A DNA stretch of 64,000 nt from Rhodobacterales bacterium. Its GTDB lineage: Bacteria > Pseudomonadota > Alphaproteobacteria > Rhodobacterales > Rhodobacteraceae. Shown piece by piece: positions 36,272 through 44,725 of this stretch. The translations under genes were made by a program, and so were the position numbers. How positions within the stretch are numbered: the first letter of the stretch is position 1; each line of letters opens with the position of its first letter. The notes beneath the pieces were generated by a model. That model had not been told where the DNA came from and did not search any database. It saw nothing but the letters and a program-made list of their open reading frames with translations. The stretch lies in assembly GCA_031426185.1 (NCBI GenBank), contig JANPKV010000389.1, positions 29,393 through 93,392 of the forward strand. The letters run 5' to 3'.

Positions 36272-37639
36272 TCAGGTTCTTGCCATCTCTGGCGTCCAGC
36301 CCCGGGTCTTTCCCGGATTCATCAGGCCATATGGGTCAGCCTGTTTCTTGAATTCGATCTGAGTATTGTCGATTTCCTTCATCCCGCCGTCCTCGATGGT
36401 GATGACATGCGGGTCAAAGATCGTGCAGCCGTCCAGGGCTTCCATCTCGTGGACGATCTCGTACATGCGCTCCGCGCTGGTCCAGCGGACAAGCGGCAAG
36501 GCAAAGATCTGCACCTCACCGTTCATGCGCGCCATCTCGTGGTGAAAGTGCAACTCATCGCCATAGCGTTTCTGCTGGCGCAGCGCCAAGGCGAGGTCAA
36601 AGGGACGGGGATAGGCGACCTGAAGGTACGTCCAGACGCCGGGTTCGTGTTTCAGGGCCTGCAAGGTGGTGTGGTTCCATCCGCATTCCCATGCCGGCGG
36701 CAAGTTTGCCGCTTCCATCTCGTGCAGGCTGTGCGACAGGCTGATTGTTCCCCCATGTTCGCGGACCCGGTCGGCAATAGCCGCCGCCTCTGCCGGAGCC
36801 ACCATCGAGAATACAGCGTCACGATCCGTCGGGAAGAATTCGGTCAAGCGCTTGTAAAAGCGCGCAAAGCGGCGCTCGACCACGGTCATCAGAAAGGCAT
36901 CGGCCCCGGCTTGCTGGGCCTCCACGGCGAAACCCAGAGCACGGTCATAGCCATCAAAAAGCGCGATCATGTGCAGCCAGTCGGTGGCTGGGGTCAGAGC
37001 ATAATCCATTGCGGTGATGATGCCGTTGGTACCGTAGGCATGCTGCGTTTTGAGGATGTCGCGTCCGCGCAATTCAATGATCTGCGGGGTCTCCTCAACC
37101 GTCACGATGCGGATGTAGGTGATGTTCTCGCCGTCGCGCAGCATGCCGTTGCGCAGACTGCCGATACCGCCCGATCCGCCGGCAACAAATCCGCCCATGG
37201 TCGCAATGCGCTTTGTCGACGGGAACATCGACAGCATCTGGCCGCTTTCGGCCACGGCCTTTTCTACCCGTTCGACCCGCGCGCCGGCCTCGCAAGTGAC
37301 ACGGCCCGGGACGATCTCCAGAATGCGGTCCAGCTTGGTTGTCTCAAGGATCACCCCACCCTCCATCGGCACGCATTGACCGTAGTTGCCGGTACCCCCA
37401 CCGCGTAGGGTCAATGGGATGCGCAACTTCGCCACGGCGGCGGCAACGGTGATTACCTCGGCTTCACTCTTGGGTATCACAACCAGTTGGCCAACATGGC
37501 CATCAAGCTGGGCTTTCAGAATGGGCGAATACCAGTAATAGTCCTTTGATTTGGCTTCTAGAAGCTTGGCATCGTCACGGCAGGCAGTCTCGCCGATCAG
37601 GGCCCGAAAGGCTGCAAGTTTTTCGGCAGAGACCGTCAT
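36272..37639 (-). CDS. FAD-binding oxidase (FAD_binding_4, GlcD/D-lactate dehydrogenase-like)
   Basis: 455 aa. IPLTLRGGGTGNYGQCVPMEGGVILETTKLDRILEI is the PCMH-type FAD-binding motif. Confidence 0.85.
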   Translation of the reverse strand: MTVSAEKLAAFRALIGETACRDDAKLLEAKSKDYYWYSPILKAQLDGHVGQLVVIPKSEAEVITVAAAVAKLRIPLTLRGGGTGNYGQCVPMEGGVILETTKLDRILEIVPGRVTCEAGARVERVEKAVAESGQMLSMFPSTKRIATMGGFVAGGSGGIGSLRNGMLRDGENITYIRIVTVEETPQIIELRGRDILKTQHAYGTNGIITAMDYALTPATDWLHMIALFDGYDRALGFAVEAQQAGADAFLMTVVERRFARFYKRLTEFFPTDRDAVFSMVAPAEAAAIADRVREHGGTISLSHSLHEMEAANLPPAWECGWNHTTLQALKHEPGVWTYLQVAYPRPFDLALALRQQKRYGDELHFHHEMARMNGEVQIFALPLVRWTSAERMYEIVHEMEALDGCTIFDPHVITIEDGGMKEIDNTQIEFKKQADPYGLMNPGKTRGWTPEMART

Positions 37640-37986
37640 GCGGCAACCTTTCCAAGGCTATGGGCAAGACCTGAACGGATGATACGGCGGGAGGAGCGCG
37701 CCAAATGCAGTGCCGCGTCCGAACTCGGGCGGCTGCGGCCGGGCTGCATGTCTCGCAGGTGGAGATTTGTGGTGGGCAAGACCGCAAGAACGAAACCCTG
37801 GTTGGCCGCCCTTTCAAGAAAGCGCGCCAACTCCGTCGCTGGGGGGATCACACGCGAACAGGGATGGCCGCAAAACAACCACCCGTCCATCCTTTGCCGC
37901 GACGTCAGGGCGACACCCCCGTCAGCGCGCACCCGGCCGCCGAATTCCTTGCGCATTCGGTCCAGGCGGATCAGTTGCCCAATCAT
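37636..37986 (-). CDS. Hypothetical protein (116 aa) coupled at both ends to its neighbours
   Basis: 4-nt overlaps at 37983-37986 and 37636-37639. High third-position GC when read by eye. No recognisable family. Confidence 0.4.
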   Translation of the reverse strand: MIGQLIRLDRMRKEFGGRVRADGGVALTSRQRMDGWLFCGHPCSRVIPPATELARFLERAANQGFVLAVLPTTNLHLRDMQPGRSRPSSDAALHLARSSRRIIRSGLAHSLGKVAA

Positions 37987-38807
37987 GGCTTGGCCCCCGG
38001 ATGCGCGGGATTGTCCAGAAGCGTCAGCGGCAGCGCGGCCACCTCGGCAAGCAGGGTGGCCAGCTCGCGCGCCGCGTGCGCGATGAACGCACTGCCCTTT
38101 TCGGCGGTCGCTGCAGCGGCGTTACCCATCGCGCCCGCCGGGTGCAGGTCCTGCGCCTGCCATCCCAGCCTCCCCGCCGGGCCAAGGCCCAGATGGCGGT
38201 TCGTCTCGGCCAGCCGGGCGTTCAGGGGCCGAAAATCGCCCGCGCGATCCATCGCCACAAGATCGCCCCGGAGCGCCAGCATCATGCTGGTTTCCATGTC
38301 GCCAGCATGGACGCCGTAGCGTGCCTCATCCTCGGTCATCAGCCCTTCGGGGTGACCCATGGCGAACCAGTTGGCGGAAACCGTCAGCATGCCGTGCTTT
38401 ACGCGCAGGTCCCGCGCCACGATATCCATCGGGGCGATCTGCCCGCCGTGGCTGTTCAGGAACACCAGTTTCCGGACCCCGGCGGCCGCGACGCAGTCGC
38501 CAAGTTCGGTCCACATCGCCATCAACGTGGCGGCGGAAAAGGTCAGCGTGCCGGGGTAGCGCGCATGCTCGTTGCTTTTGCCCACCGCACAGGTCGGCAA
38601 GAAGACCGCGAGGCAGGCATCGGGGATCTGCGGCAGGCTGGCCGCGATGATGCCGTCCAGGATATCCCGGTCCACTGACAGCGGCGGGTGGGGCCCGTGC
38701 TGCTCGACAGCGCCCACGGGCAGCACCGCGATCAGATTGCTCCGGTCCAATGCCGCGAAGTCTTGCGATGTGTAATCAGCCCAGAAGCGGTGCTTTAGTC
38801 TGGTCAT
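37983..38807 (-). CDS. Creatininase-family amidohydrolase
   Basis: 274 aa. AVLPVGAVEQHGPHPPLSVDRDI and FLNSHGGQ are creatininase-family signatures. Confidence 0.88.
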   Translation of the reverse strand: MTRLKHRFWADYTSQDFAALDRSNLIAVLPVGAVEQHGPHPPLSVDRDILDGIIAASLPQIPDACLAVFLPTCAVGKSNEHARYPGTLTFSAATLMAMWTELGDCVAAAGVRKLVFLNSHGGQIAPMDIVARDLRVKHGMLTVSANWFAMGHPEGLMTEDEARYGVHAGDMETSMMLALRGDLVAMDRAGDFRPLNARLAETNRHLGLGPAGRLGWQAQDLHPAGAMGNAAAATAEKGSAFIAHAARELATLLAEVAALPLTLLDNPAHPGAKP

Positions 38808-39148
38808 GTGCCGCCCTGTTCCAGCGGCAGTGGCCGCCCGGGGGCCAGCACTCCCCGAGCCACGACAATGGCGTCACGGTCGATGCGGGCGAGGTGGTCA
38901 GGACCCGTGCCGCCAGCGGGCTGTCGGACCTGGCCAGCACCTTGCGGCCTGAGCACCGCACCACAAATCAGCGTCATCAGCGTGACCATCGACACACCGG
39001 ACGCTTGGTGCCCAGCCACCTTCATCCCATCGGACTTGGCACGCAGGCGATCGGCGATATGGATTGTCCCGGCGCCAAGCCACAGCGCCTTCCGGACAAT
39101 GGCCGTCAGTTCGGTGAGCTTTACATCTATGGCGTCGACACGTTGCAT
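38804..39148 (-). CDS. Hypothetical 114-aa ORF, possibly a remnant of a 2-oxoacid dehydrogenase E1-type protein
   Basis: 4-nt overlap with the creatininase start. IVRKALWLGAGTIHIADRLRAKSDGMKVAGHQASGVSMVTLMT loosely parallels the AceE block IRWNA..MV.RA....ELGGH.AS..S.AT, recalled from memory. Confidence 0.3.
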   Translation of the reverse strand: MQRVDAIDVKLTELTAIVRKALWLGAGTIHIADRLRAKSDGMKVAGHQASGVSMVTLMTLICGAVLRPQGAGQVRQPAGGTGPDHLARIDRDAIVVARGVLAPGRPLPLEQGGT

Positions 39149-39289
39149 CCGGGGGACCCCGGCCCAGTCAGGGCGCGACGAAAAACATGTATCGCGGCCA
39201 ACTTTTTGTCAAACCATTTGGTCAGAGCAAACGGTTCTTCTTCTCGAGCGCACAGAAAGACATCCGCACCGACACCGCCTCTAGGTGTC

Positions 39290-40396
39290 TCAGGGCCGTT
39301 TCGCTCTTGCGGCATCCGGTTGCTTGCGCGCCTCGCCAGCGCGGCGGGACATCAGCGGGCGTTCGACGAGGCGCCAGGAAAGTTCCGCCATCGCGAAGGA
39401 AGTAAAGACCCAAATTGCCGCTCTCAGAAGGCGCCAGCCACTGCCGGCAAGAGCATACTCCGGCGGGACATAAATGAACCAGACATACGGCACAAAGTAG
39501 TGAAAGAGATAAAGGCCGTAAGAGATCTTGCCAATGTGAACGAGCACGGGATGGGAAAGCCATCCAAGCGTCCCGTCCCGAGCGGCCAGACATTGGCGGA
39601 TGAGGCAGGCCGAGGCGAGCGTGACAAAAATGGGTGCATAGACCCAGCGAAAGGATGCCGGCCTTTGTCCCATGATCTCAGGCCAAGGCGCGAGCAGAAC
39701 CAGGCCGAACCCCAGCAACGCTATCAGAAGCCGGCGGTCGAGCAGCAAGCGGTCCAGCCAAGCCAGCGCGGCAGACCGCATCGCGACGGCAATAAGCGCG
39801 CCAGCGGCCAGACTGTCTATCTGGGCCGGCATCAGGACATCGAGAAACACGTCTCCCCCGTTGGCGATCATCATCCGGAACGCTGGCGCGGAAACCAGGC
39901 ATACGACAATGACCGGCACCAGGTAGCGGCGCGGGGCAATGATCACGAGCGGGAACCACAGGAGGTAGAATTGCTGTTCGAGCGCAAGGGTCCAGAAATG
40001 TCCCGCACCCGTCCATTCCTGGACCCGGTAGATCTGAAAATTGGATAAGTAGATGACGTGGATCCACCATTCTGATGTCATATTTGCCAGGCCGAGCACC
40101 ATCGCGAGAATGATTGCCACATAAAGGGCAGGCGCCAGGCGCCAGAACCGGCGCGAAAAAAACCGGCGTGCAAGCGCGCCATGCGTGTCTGTGCCGCGCT
40201 CTTGCAGCAGGATGGACGTGATGAGAAATCCCGAAAGCACAAAGAATACCCGGACCCCGACCATGCCCGGCGACAAGCCGCGAACAAACTCGTTGAAGGT
40301 CAAGTGCTCGGCAAAGACGCTCAGGACCGCAAGCGCGCGAAGCCCGTCCAGGCGCGCACAATAGGTCAGGCCCGTTGGCGTCCCGGGCTTTATCAT
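39290..40396 (-). CDS. Acyltransferase family 3 membrane protein (O-acyltransferase)
   Basis: ATG at 40396 gives MIKPGTPTGLTYCARLDGLRALAVLSVFAEH. About 10 TM segments. Confidence 0.85.
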   Translation of the reverse strand: MIKPGTPTGLTYCARLDGLRALAVLSVFAEHLTFNEFVRGLSPGMVGVRVFFVLSGFLITSILLQERGTDTHGALARRFFSRRFWRLAPALYVAIILAMVLGLANMTSEWWIHVIYLSNFQIYRVQEWTGAGHFWTLALEQQFYLLWFPLVIIAPRRYLVPVIVVCLVSAPAFRMMIANGGDVFLDVLMPAQIDSLAAGALIAVAMRSAALAWLDRLLLDRRLLIALLGFGLVLLAPWPEIMGQRPASFRWVYAPIFVTLASACLIRQCLAARDGTLGWLSHPVLVHIGKISYGLYLFHYFVPYVWFIYVPPEYALAGSGWRLLRAAIWVFTSFAMAELSWRLVERPLMSRRAGEARKQPDAARAKRP

Positions 40397-40406
40397 GTGG
40401 GGCTGT

Positions 40407-41321
40407 TCATCTTTGCCGACGGCCTTGCTGCAGCGACCAAAGGCCGAAAGCAAAAAGCCCGGCAAAGTTTGCGGATACGACGCTACGCCAAGTCAGGCCA
40501 AGCCTGGCGTCAAAGGCCGGACCGCCAGTCAACTCTCTGGCCGCCGCGCCAATGGCCCAGTAAAAATGCTTCAGCAGCCATGGCTGTCTGCGATATTTGC
40601 CGTAAAGAGCGCCGTTTGCGTAGCAATAGCTTCGGTTCAAACGCCGGATGTCGGCCAGGGTCCTGCGGCCATGGTGATGCAGGACGCACATGTCGGGAAA
40701 GTACTGAAGCGGGATGTCGGCGATCCGTGCGCGAATGAAGTAATCGGTATCTTCACCGGCCAGAAAATGCGCGCCGACGCCGTAGCTGGGATCAAACTCC
40801 CCGATGATCTTGGCCACCTGCCGGGGAACGACAAAGTTGCAGCCCTGAATGAAGCCACCGGGATGAATGGTGACGTCGTAGTCTTGCGGCTCCGGTTCGT
40901 CCTTGATGGTGAAGGGCAGATCCTCATTGCTGGCAAGTGCGACGCGCCCGCCAATCACGACGTTGCGTGGACGCTCCGCGATATGACGCGCAAGATCGCG
41001 GATATAATCTGCCTCCATGGTGCAATCATCATCGGTGAAGACAAAATACTGACCGGTCGCGGCCCGCATCCCGGCATTGCGCGCCATGGCAAGTCCGCCC
41101 TGAGCAAGCGATATGAACCGCACGCCGCGCTGGTTGCCCACCACGTCGTCGTCGCGTAACCGAAGCGACGGCTTGCTTTCATTTTCGACTACGACGATCT
41201 CGGCCGGACAGTCAGGCGCACGGCGCGTTGCGGTGACAATCGATGTCACGCATCGCAGCAGTTGTTCCGGGCGGTCGCGCGTGCACACGATGATACTGAT
41301 GACCGGCTCAGGCATGGACAT
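40407..41321 (-). CDS. Glycosyltransferase family 2
   Basis: MSMPEPVISIIVCTRDRPEQLLRCV..., then FTDDDC (DxD-type motif). The start overlaps the upstream GT2 stop. Confidence 0.85.
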   Translation of the reverse strand: MSMPEPVISIIVCTRDRPEQLLRCVTSIVTATRRAPDCPAEIVVVENESKPSLRLRDDDVVGNQRGVRFISLAQGGLAMARNAGMRAATGQYFVFTDDDCTMEADYIRDLARHIAERPRNVVIGGRVALASNEDLPFTIKDEPEPQDYDVTIHPGGFIQGCNFVVPRQVAKIIGEFDPSYGVGAHFLAGEDTDYFIRARIADIPLQYFPDMCVLHHHGRRTLADIRRLNRSYCYANGALYGKYRRQPWLLKHFYWAIGAAARELTGGPAFDARLGLTWRSVVSANFAGLFAFGLWSLQQGRRQR

Positions 41322-42471
41322 CGTCCCGGGTCTGCGGCCTGTCCGGCAGGTCAATGCTGCGCGCCAGTTCCGTAATCCGGTCAAACGAGGGAATGACGCG
41401 GCGAACATCGCGAGACTCTCTCATCCGGTCATAACGAAGGCTGAGATCAACTGCCTTGTAGGCCAGCGCGGCGGCGGCGCTCCACCTTTCGGCGATGCGC
41501 AAAAGTGGCCGTTCCCGGCGCCGGATCATCCCCCAGGATTTGCTTTGATCGACGAAAGCCGCGGCCAGCGCATAATTCTCCGCCGAGCAAATCAGGCTGA
41601 AGAAGAAGTAAAAGAGCCCGTCAATGCCAAGACGAAAGGCGCGCTGTTGCCCGGGGTCTTGCAAGTGTGCCAAGGCATTCAGCCGACACATGAGATCGGC
41701 AGCACATGAGACTGTCTCGCCATTCAGTTTCTCGGCAATGCGTTCGAACCCCGTGCCCGCAGCGTCGGGATAGTGCCGCCGCAGACCCTCTTCGACGATC
41801 TTGACGTGGCTCCGCGTCATCGTGACCGCGCGCAGGGCGCTGACGCTGCTGTCGTGAACCCGATAGGCGAGCAGAGGGTCGCGCGTCTGGGTCACCTTGC
41901 ACTGGTCTGCAAGGCGTCGGAACAGGTCGAAATCCTCTGCTGCGGGATAGGATTCATCGTAATGCAGCATTCCTTTCGGGATCATGCTGCGCCGGTACAT
42001 GACGGTCGGGTGCCGGAGGATCGTGCAAAAACGCGACAAGACGCGCAGCTCGTCCGGTTCGGTCGCGTCCGGCAGGCCCTGCGCAAGCATCCGCCTCGCA
42101 GAATACATGGTGTCGAAATAGCACCCGCTGACCGCCAACTCCGGGTCCGCGGCAAAGGCGTCCAGCTGCGTCCTGAGGCGGTTTGGATAGGCAATGTCAT
42201 CGGCATCCATCCGCGCAACGAAGTCGCCGCTCGCTTGGTCGAGCTGTTCGTTCAAGGTGGCAATCAGGCCGCGGTTTTCGCGTTCGACGATCTTGATCCG
42301 CGGATCGCGCGCCGCCGCACGATGCAGGATTTCGCTCGAGCGATCCGACGAGCCATCGTTTGTCGCGATGAGCTCCAGTCCCTCGTGGTCTTGCATCAAG
42401 ATACTCGCAACCGCCAACGCCAGGTACTTTTCTGCATTGTAGACCGGAAGAATAACTGAAACTTTTTCCAA
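41308..42471 (-). CDS. Glycosyltransferase family 2 with a C-terminal helical extension
   Basis: 387 aa. VSVILPVYNAEKYLALAVASIL...NDGSSD...ARMDADD. Confidence 0.88.
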   Translation of the reverse strand: MEKVSVILPVYNAEKYLALAVASILMQDHEGLELIATNDGSSDRSSEILHRAAARDPRIKIVERENRGLIATLNEQLDQASGDFVARMDADDIAYPNRLRTQLDAFAADPELAVSGCYFDTMYSARRMLAQGLPDATEPDELRVLSRFCTILRHPTVMYRRSMIPKGMLHYDESYPAAEDFDLFRRLADQCKVTQTRDPLLAYRVHDSSVSALRAVTMTRSHVKIVEEGLRRHYPDAAGTGFERIAEKLNGETVSCAADLMCRLNALAHLQDPGQQRAFRLGIDGLFYFFFSLICSAENYALAAAFVDQSKSWGMIRRRERPLLRIAERWSAAAALAYKAVDLSLRYDRMRESRDVRRVIPSFDRITELARSIDLPDRPQTRDDVHA

Positions 42472-42653
42472 ATTGTTCTACCAGGCCATGGGGCCGAAAG
42501 CTTCATACGACCGACACACCATGATCAATAGGGCCCCGATTTCTGCATGTCGAGCGGGGCGTTGGACGAACGGCGGAAACAAGCATTGTCACCAGTTTGT
42601 AAAGCCTTAGGCTGCATCTGCGCTGCGCAGACTGATAAAAAGGCTGAAAGAAA

Positions 42654-44429
42654 GTGTTCCAGTCGTACTTTCATCCCACGCTCGTTTTGGCGATGCGCCC
42701 GTTCAGGTTGTATGTTCCCGGAGTGATCTTTCTGGGGTTGTTGGGAACTGCATTGGAGGGGATCGGGATCGGCTTGGTGATTCCCTTGCTGGATGTCGTC
42801 ATGTCCGACAACTCATCGGTCCAAGGCTGGATGCCCGGGCTGTTGGCATCCTTTGGGCAAGGCATCCCTTCTGAAAATCGTGGGCTTTTCATCGGCCTGT
42901 CGATCTTGGTGCTGGTCGTCCTGAAAAATCTGGTCGCCTATGCGAACGGGCTGCTTCAGGCATGGATCTACGGCAAATCCGGCCATGCCCTACGGGACCA
43001 GCTTTCCCGCAAGATGGTGGAAATGCACGCGTCATACTATCTGACCCAGCCGCCCTCACGACTGTTGAACGTCATCTCGAGTGAAAGCTGGCGGACATCG
43101 GATGCCGTGGGCGCGTGCCTTTCGATCCTGGTCAGCGGCGCTGCGGCGCTGATCTTTCTGACCTTTCTTTTCTTTTTGTCGCCGCAGCTGACCATCGTCG
43201 TGCTGGTGGGCATCGCGCTGATCCAGTTCGCCCATGATCGGTTGTCCAGCCATTTTTCCCGGCTTGGGCGCGAGATCACCACCCAGAACCGGGGCCTTGC
43301 CTTGCGGATGCTGCATCACATCACCGCATGGCGTCTTATCCGGCTGTTCCACCGCGAAGAGTTCGAGATCCAGCGTTTCGCGGACGCGTCCGAGAGAGTG
43401 CGTCAGGTAGCCTTGAATCTGGTCCGGCGTCAGATTGCGGTCGGCCCCTTGACCGAGGTGGCCCATGCGACGCTTTTCATGTTGGTGATCTATGCCGCCT
43501 GGGCGTTGGGCACATCGTTCGGAACTGCAGCCGCATTCATCATCCTGCTTTACCGGCTTCAGCCGCAGGTGCGCCAGATCCAGGGCGCGCTTTCGTCGCT
43601 GCGGGGCTGGAACGGGTCACTGGACGAGGTGCATTGGCTGCTTACTGCACGCCCGTCGCCCGCCAACCCGCCGGATGCGCTGCCTTCCCCCGAAATCAAC
43701 GAGGGGATCAGCTTTCGCAATGTCAGCTACAGCTATACGGTCGAGGGGCAAAGGACGGCGGCGCTGACAGACGTGTCGTTTGACGTGCCTGCCGGTACCT
43801 CGGTCGCCATTATTGGGCGGTCCGGCTCGGGCAAGTCGACCATTGCAAACCTCATCTGCGGCATCATTGATCCCTCAGAAGGCGAGATCTTGGTGGACGG
43901 CGTCCGTTTGGACAGGATCGAGCGAACATCGTGGCTTTCTCGGATCGCGATGGCGAGCCAGGAACTGGAACTGTTCGACGGAACGATTGCCGAAAACATC
44001 CTTTATGGCGAGCCGGATGCGCGCTTTGATCAAGCGCGCGCTGCAGCAGTGGCTGCCGACGCGGATGACTTCATCAGCCGATTGCCGAATGGCTACGAAA
44101 CGGTTGTCGGGGATCGAGGCCTCAACCTGTCTGCCGGTCAGCGTCAGCGGATCGCTTTGGCGCGCGCCCTGATGCGCAATCCTCGTCTGTTGATCCTCGA
44201 TGAGGCGACCAATGCCATGGATATCCTCTCGGAGGCAGTGGCACTCAAAATCCTTGCCACGCGGCGCACATCGGGCGCGACCATACTCATCAGTCACCAC
44301 CTTTCCTCGATCCGGCTTTGCGACCGTTACATCCGGATCAGCGAGGGTCGGGTCATCGAAGCTGGCTCGACAGCAGAGTTTGACGAAACCAGTCTGGCAG
44401 ACATTCTCAGCGCGGAAGTGCAAGACTGA
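42654..44429 (+). CDS. ABC exporter, fused permease/ATPase (MsbA-like)
   Basis: 591 aa (GTG start; alternative ATG at MRPFRLY). Six-TM domain, then Walker A GRSGSGKST, signature LSAGQRQRIALARAL and Walker B LILDEAT. Confidence 0.88.
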   Translation: MFQSYFHPTLVLAMRPFRLYVPGVIFLGLLGTALEGIGIGLVIPLLDVVMSDNSSVQGWMPGLLASFGQGIPSENRGLFIGLSILVLVVLKNLVAYANGLLQAWIYGKSGHALRDQLSRKMVEMHASYYLTQPPSRLLNVISSESWRTSDAVGACLSILVSGAAALIFLTFLFFLSPQLTIVVLVGIALIQFAHDRLSSHFSRLGREITTQNRGLALRMLHHITAWRLIRLFHREEFEIQRFADASERVRQVALNLVRRQIAVGPLTEVAHATLFMLVIYAAWALGTSFGTAAAFIILLYRLQPQVRQIQGALSSLRGWNGSLDEVHWLLTARPSPANPPDALPSPEINEGISFRNVSYSYTVEGQRTAALTDVSFDVPAGTSVAIIGRSGSGKSTIANLICGIIDPSEGEILVDGVRLDRIERTSWLSRIAMASQELELFDGTIAENILYGEPDARFDQARAAAVAADADDFISRLPNGYETVVGDRGLNLSAGQRQRIALARALMRNPRLLILDEATNAMDILSEAVALKILATRRTSGATILISHHLSSIRLCDRYIRISEGRVIEAGSTAEFDETSLADILSAEVQD

Positions 44430-44725
44430 ACGACCCACCAGGTCGGATGGACCCCGACGCTTTCTGACCAGGCAGGGGCATCAATCAGGTAGCGGGCAAA
44501 TATGCCGACGCGGGTGGGGGCAGAAGATGCACACGGGTGAGGTCTCGATGAAAGATCCGGGTCCGATCTGCGTGGACCCTAGCAGCCTCTTTTCATGACG
44601 TTGACCCAGCACCCGAGGACTGGTTACCTGCGTCGGCTGAACCGTGGTCGGCAGCGCTTTTCCGGCAACAGACAGGACGCGACTGTGTGCTTGTCGGGGT
44701 CCGGCAGCGATCCGAAAGGAACACG

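Noticed and set aside
35313-39223. An identical 13-mer gtcaaaccatttg in two minus-strand promoter regions (35313-35325 upstream of the sugar binding-protein gene; 39211-39223 upstream of the creatininase operon). The second copy sits in an imperfect inverted repeat, aaccatttg-N7-caaacggtt.
   Set aside because: By rough expectation, tens of chance 13-mer repeats occur in 64 kb across both strands. The first copy lacks the inverted partner. It is possibly a shared operator but is not supportable without comparative or binding data.
44430-44725. A Moco riboswitch in the 296-nt leader of the mocA-xdhC fusion gene
   Set aside because: The context is attractive, and a ccgaaaggaaca element precedes the ATG. 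However, I could not trace the conserved paired elements of the Moco RNA motif by eye. A covariance-model scan (Rfam Moco_RNA_motif) is needed, so I do not claim it.
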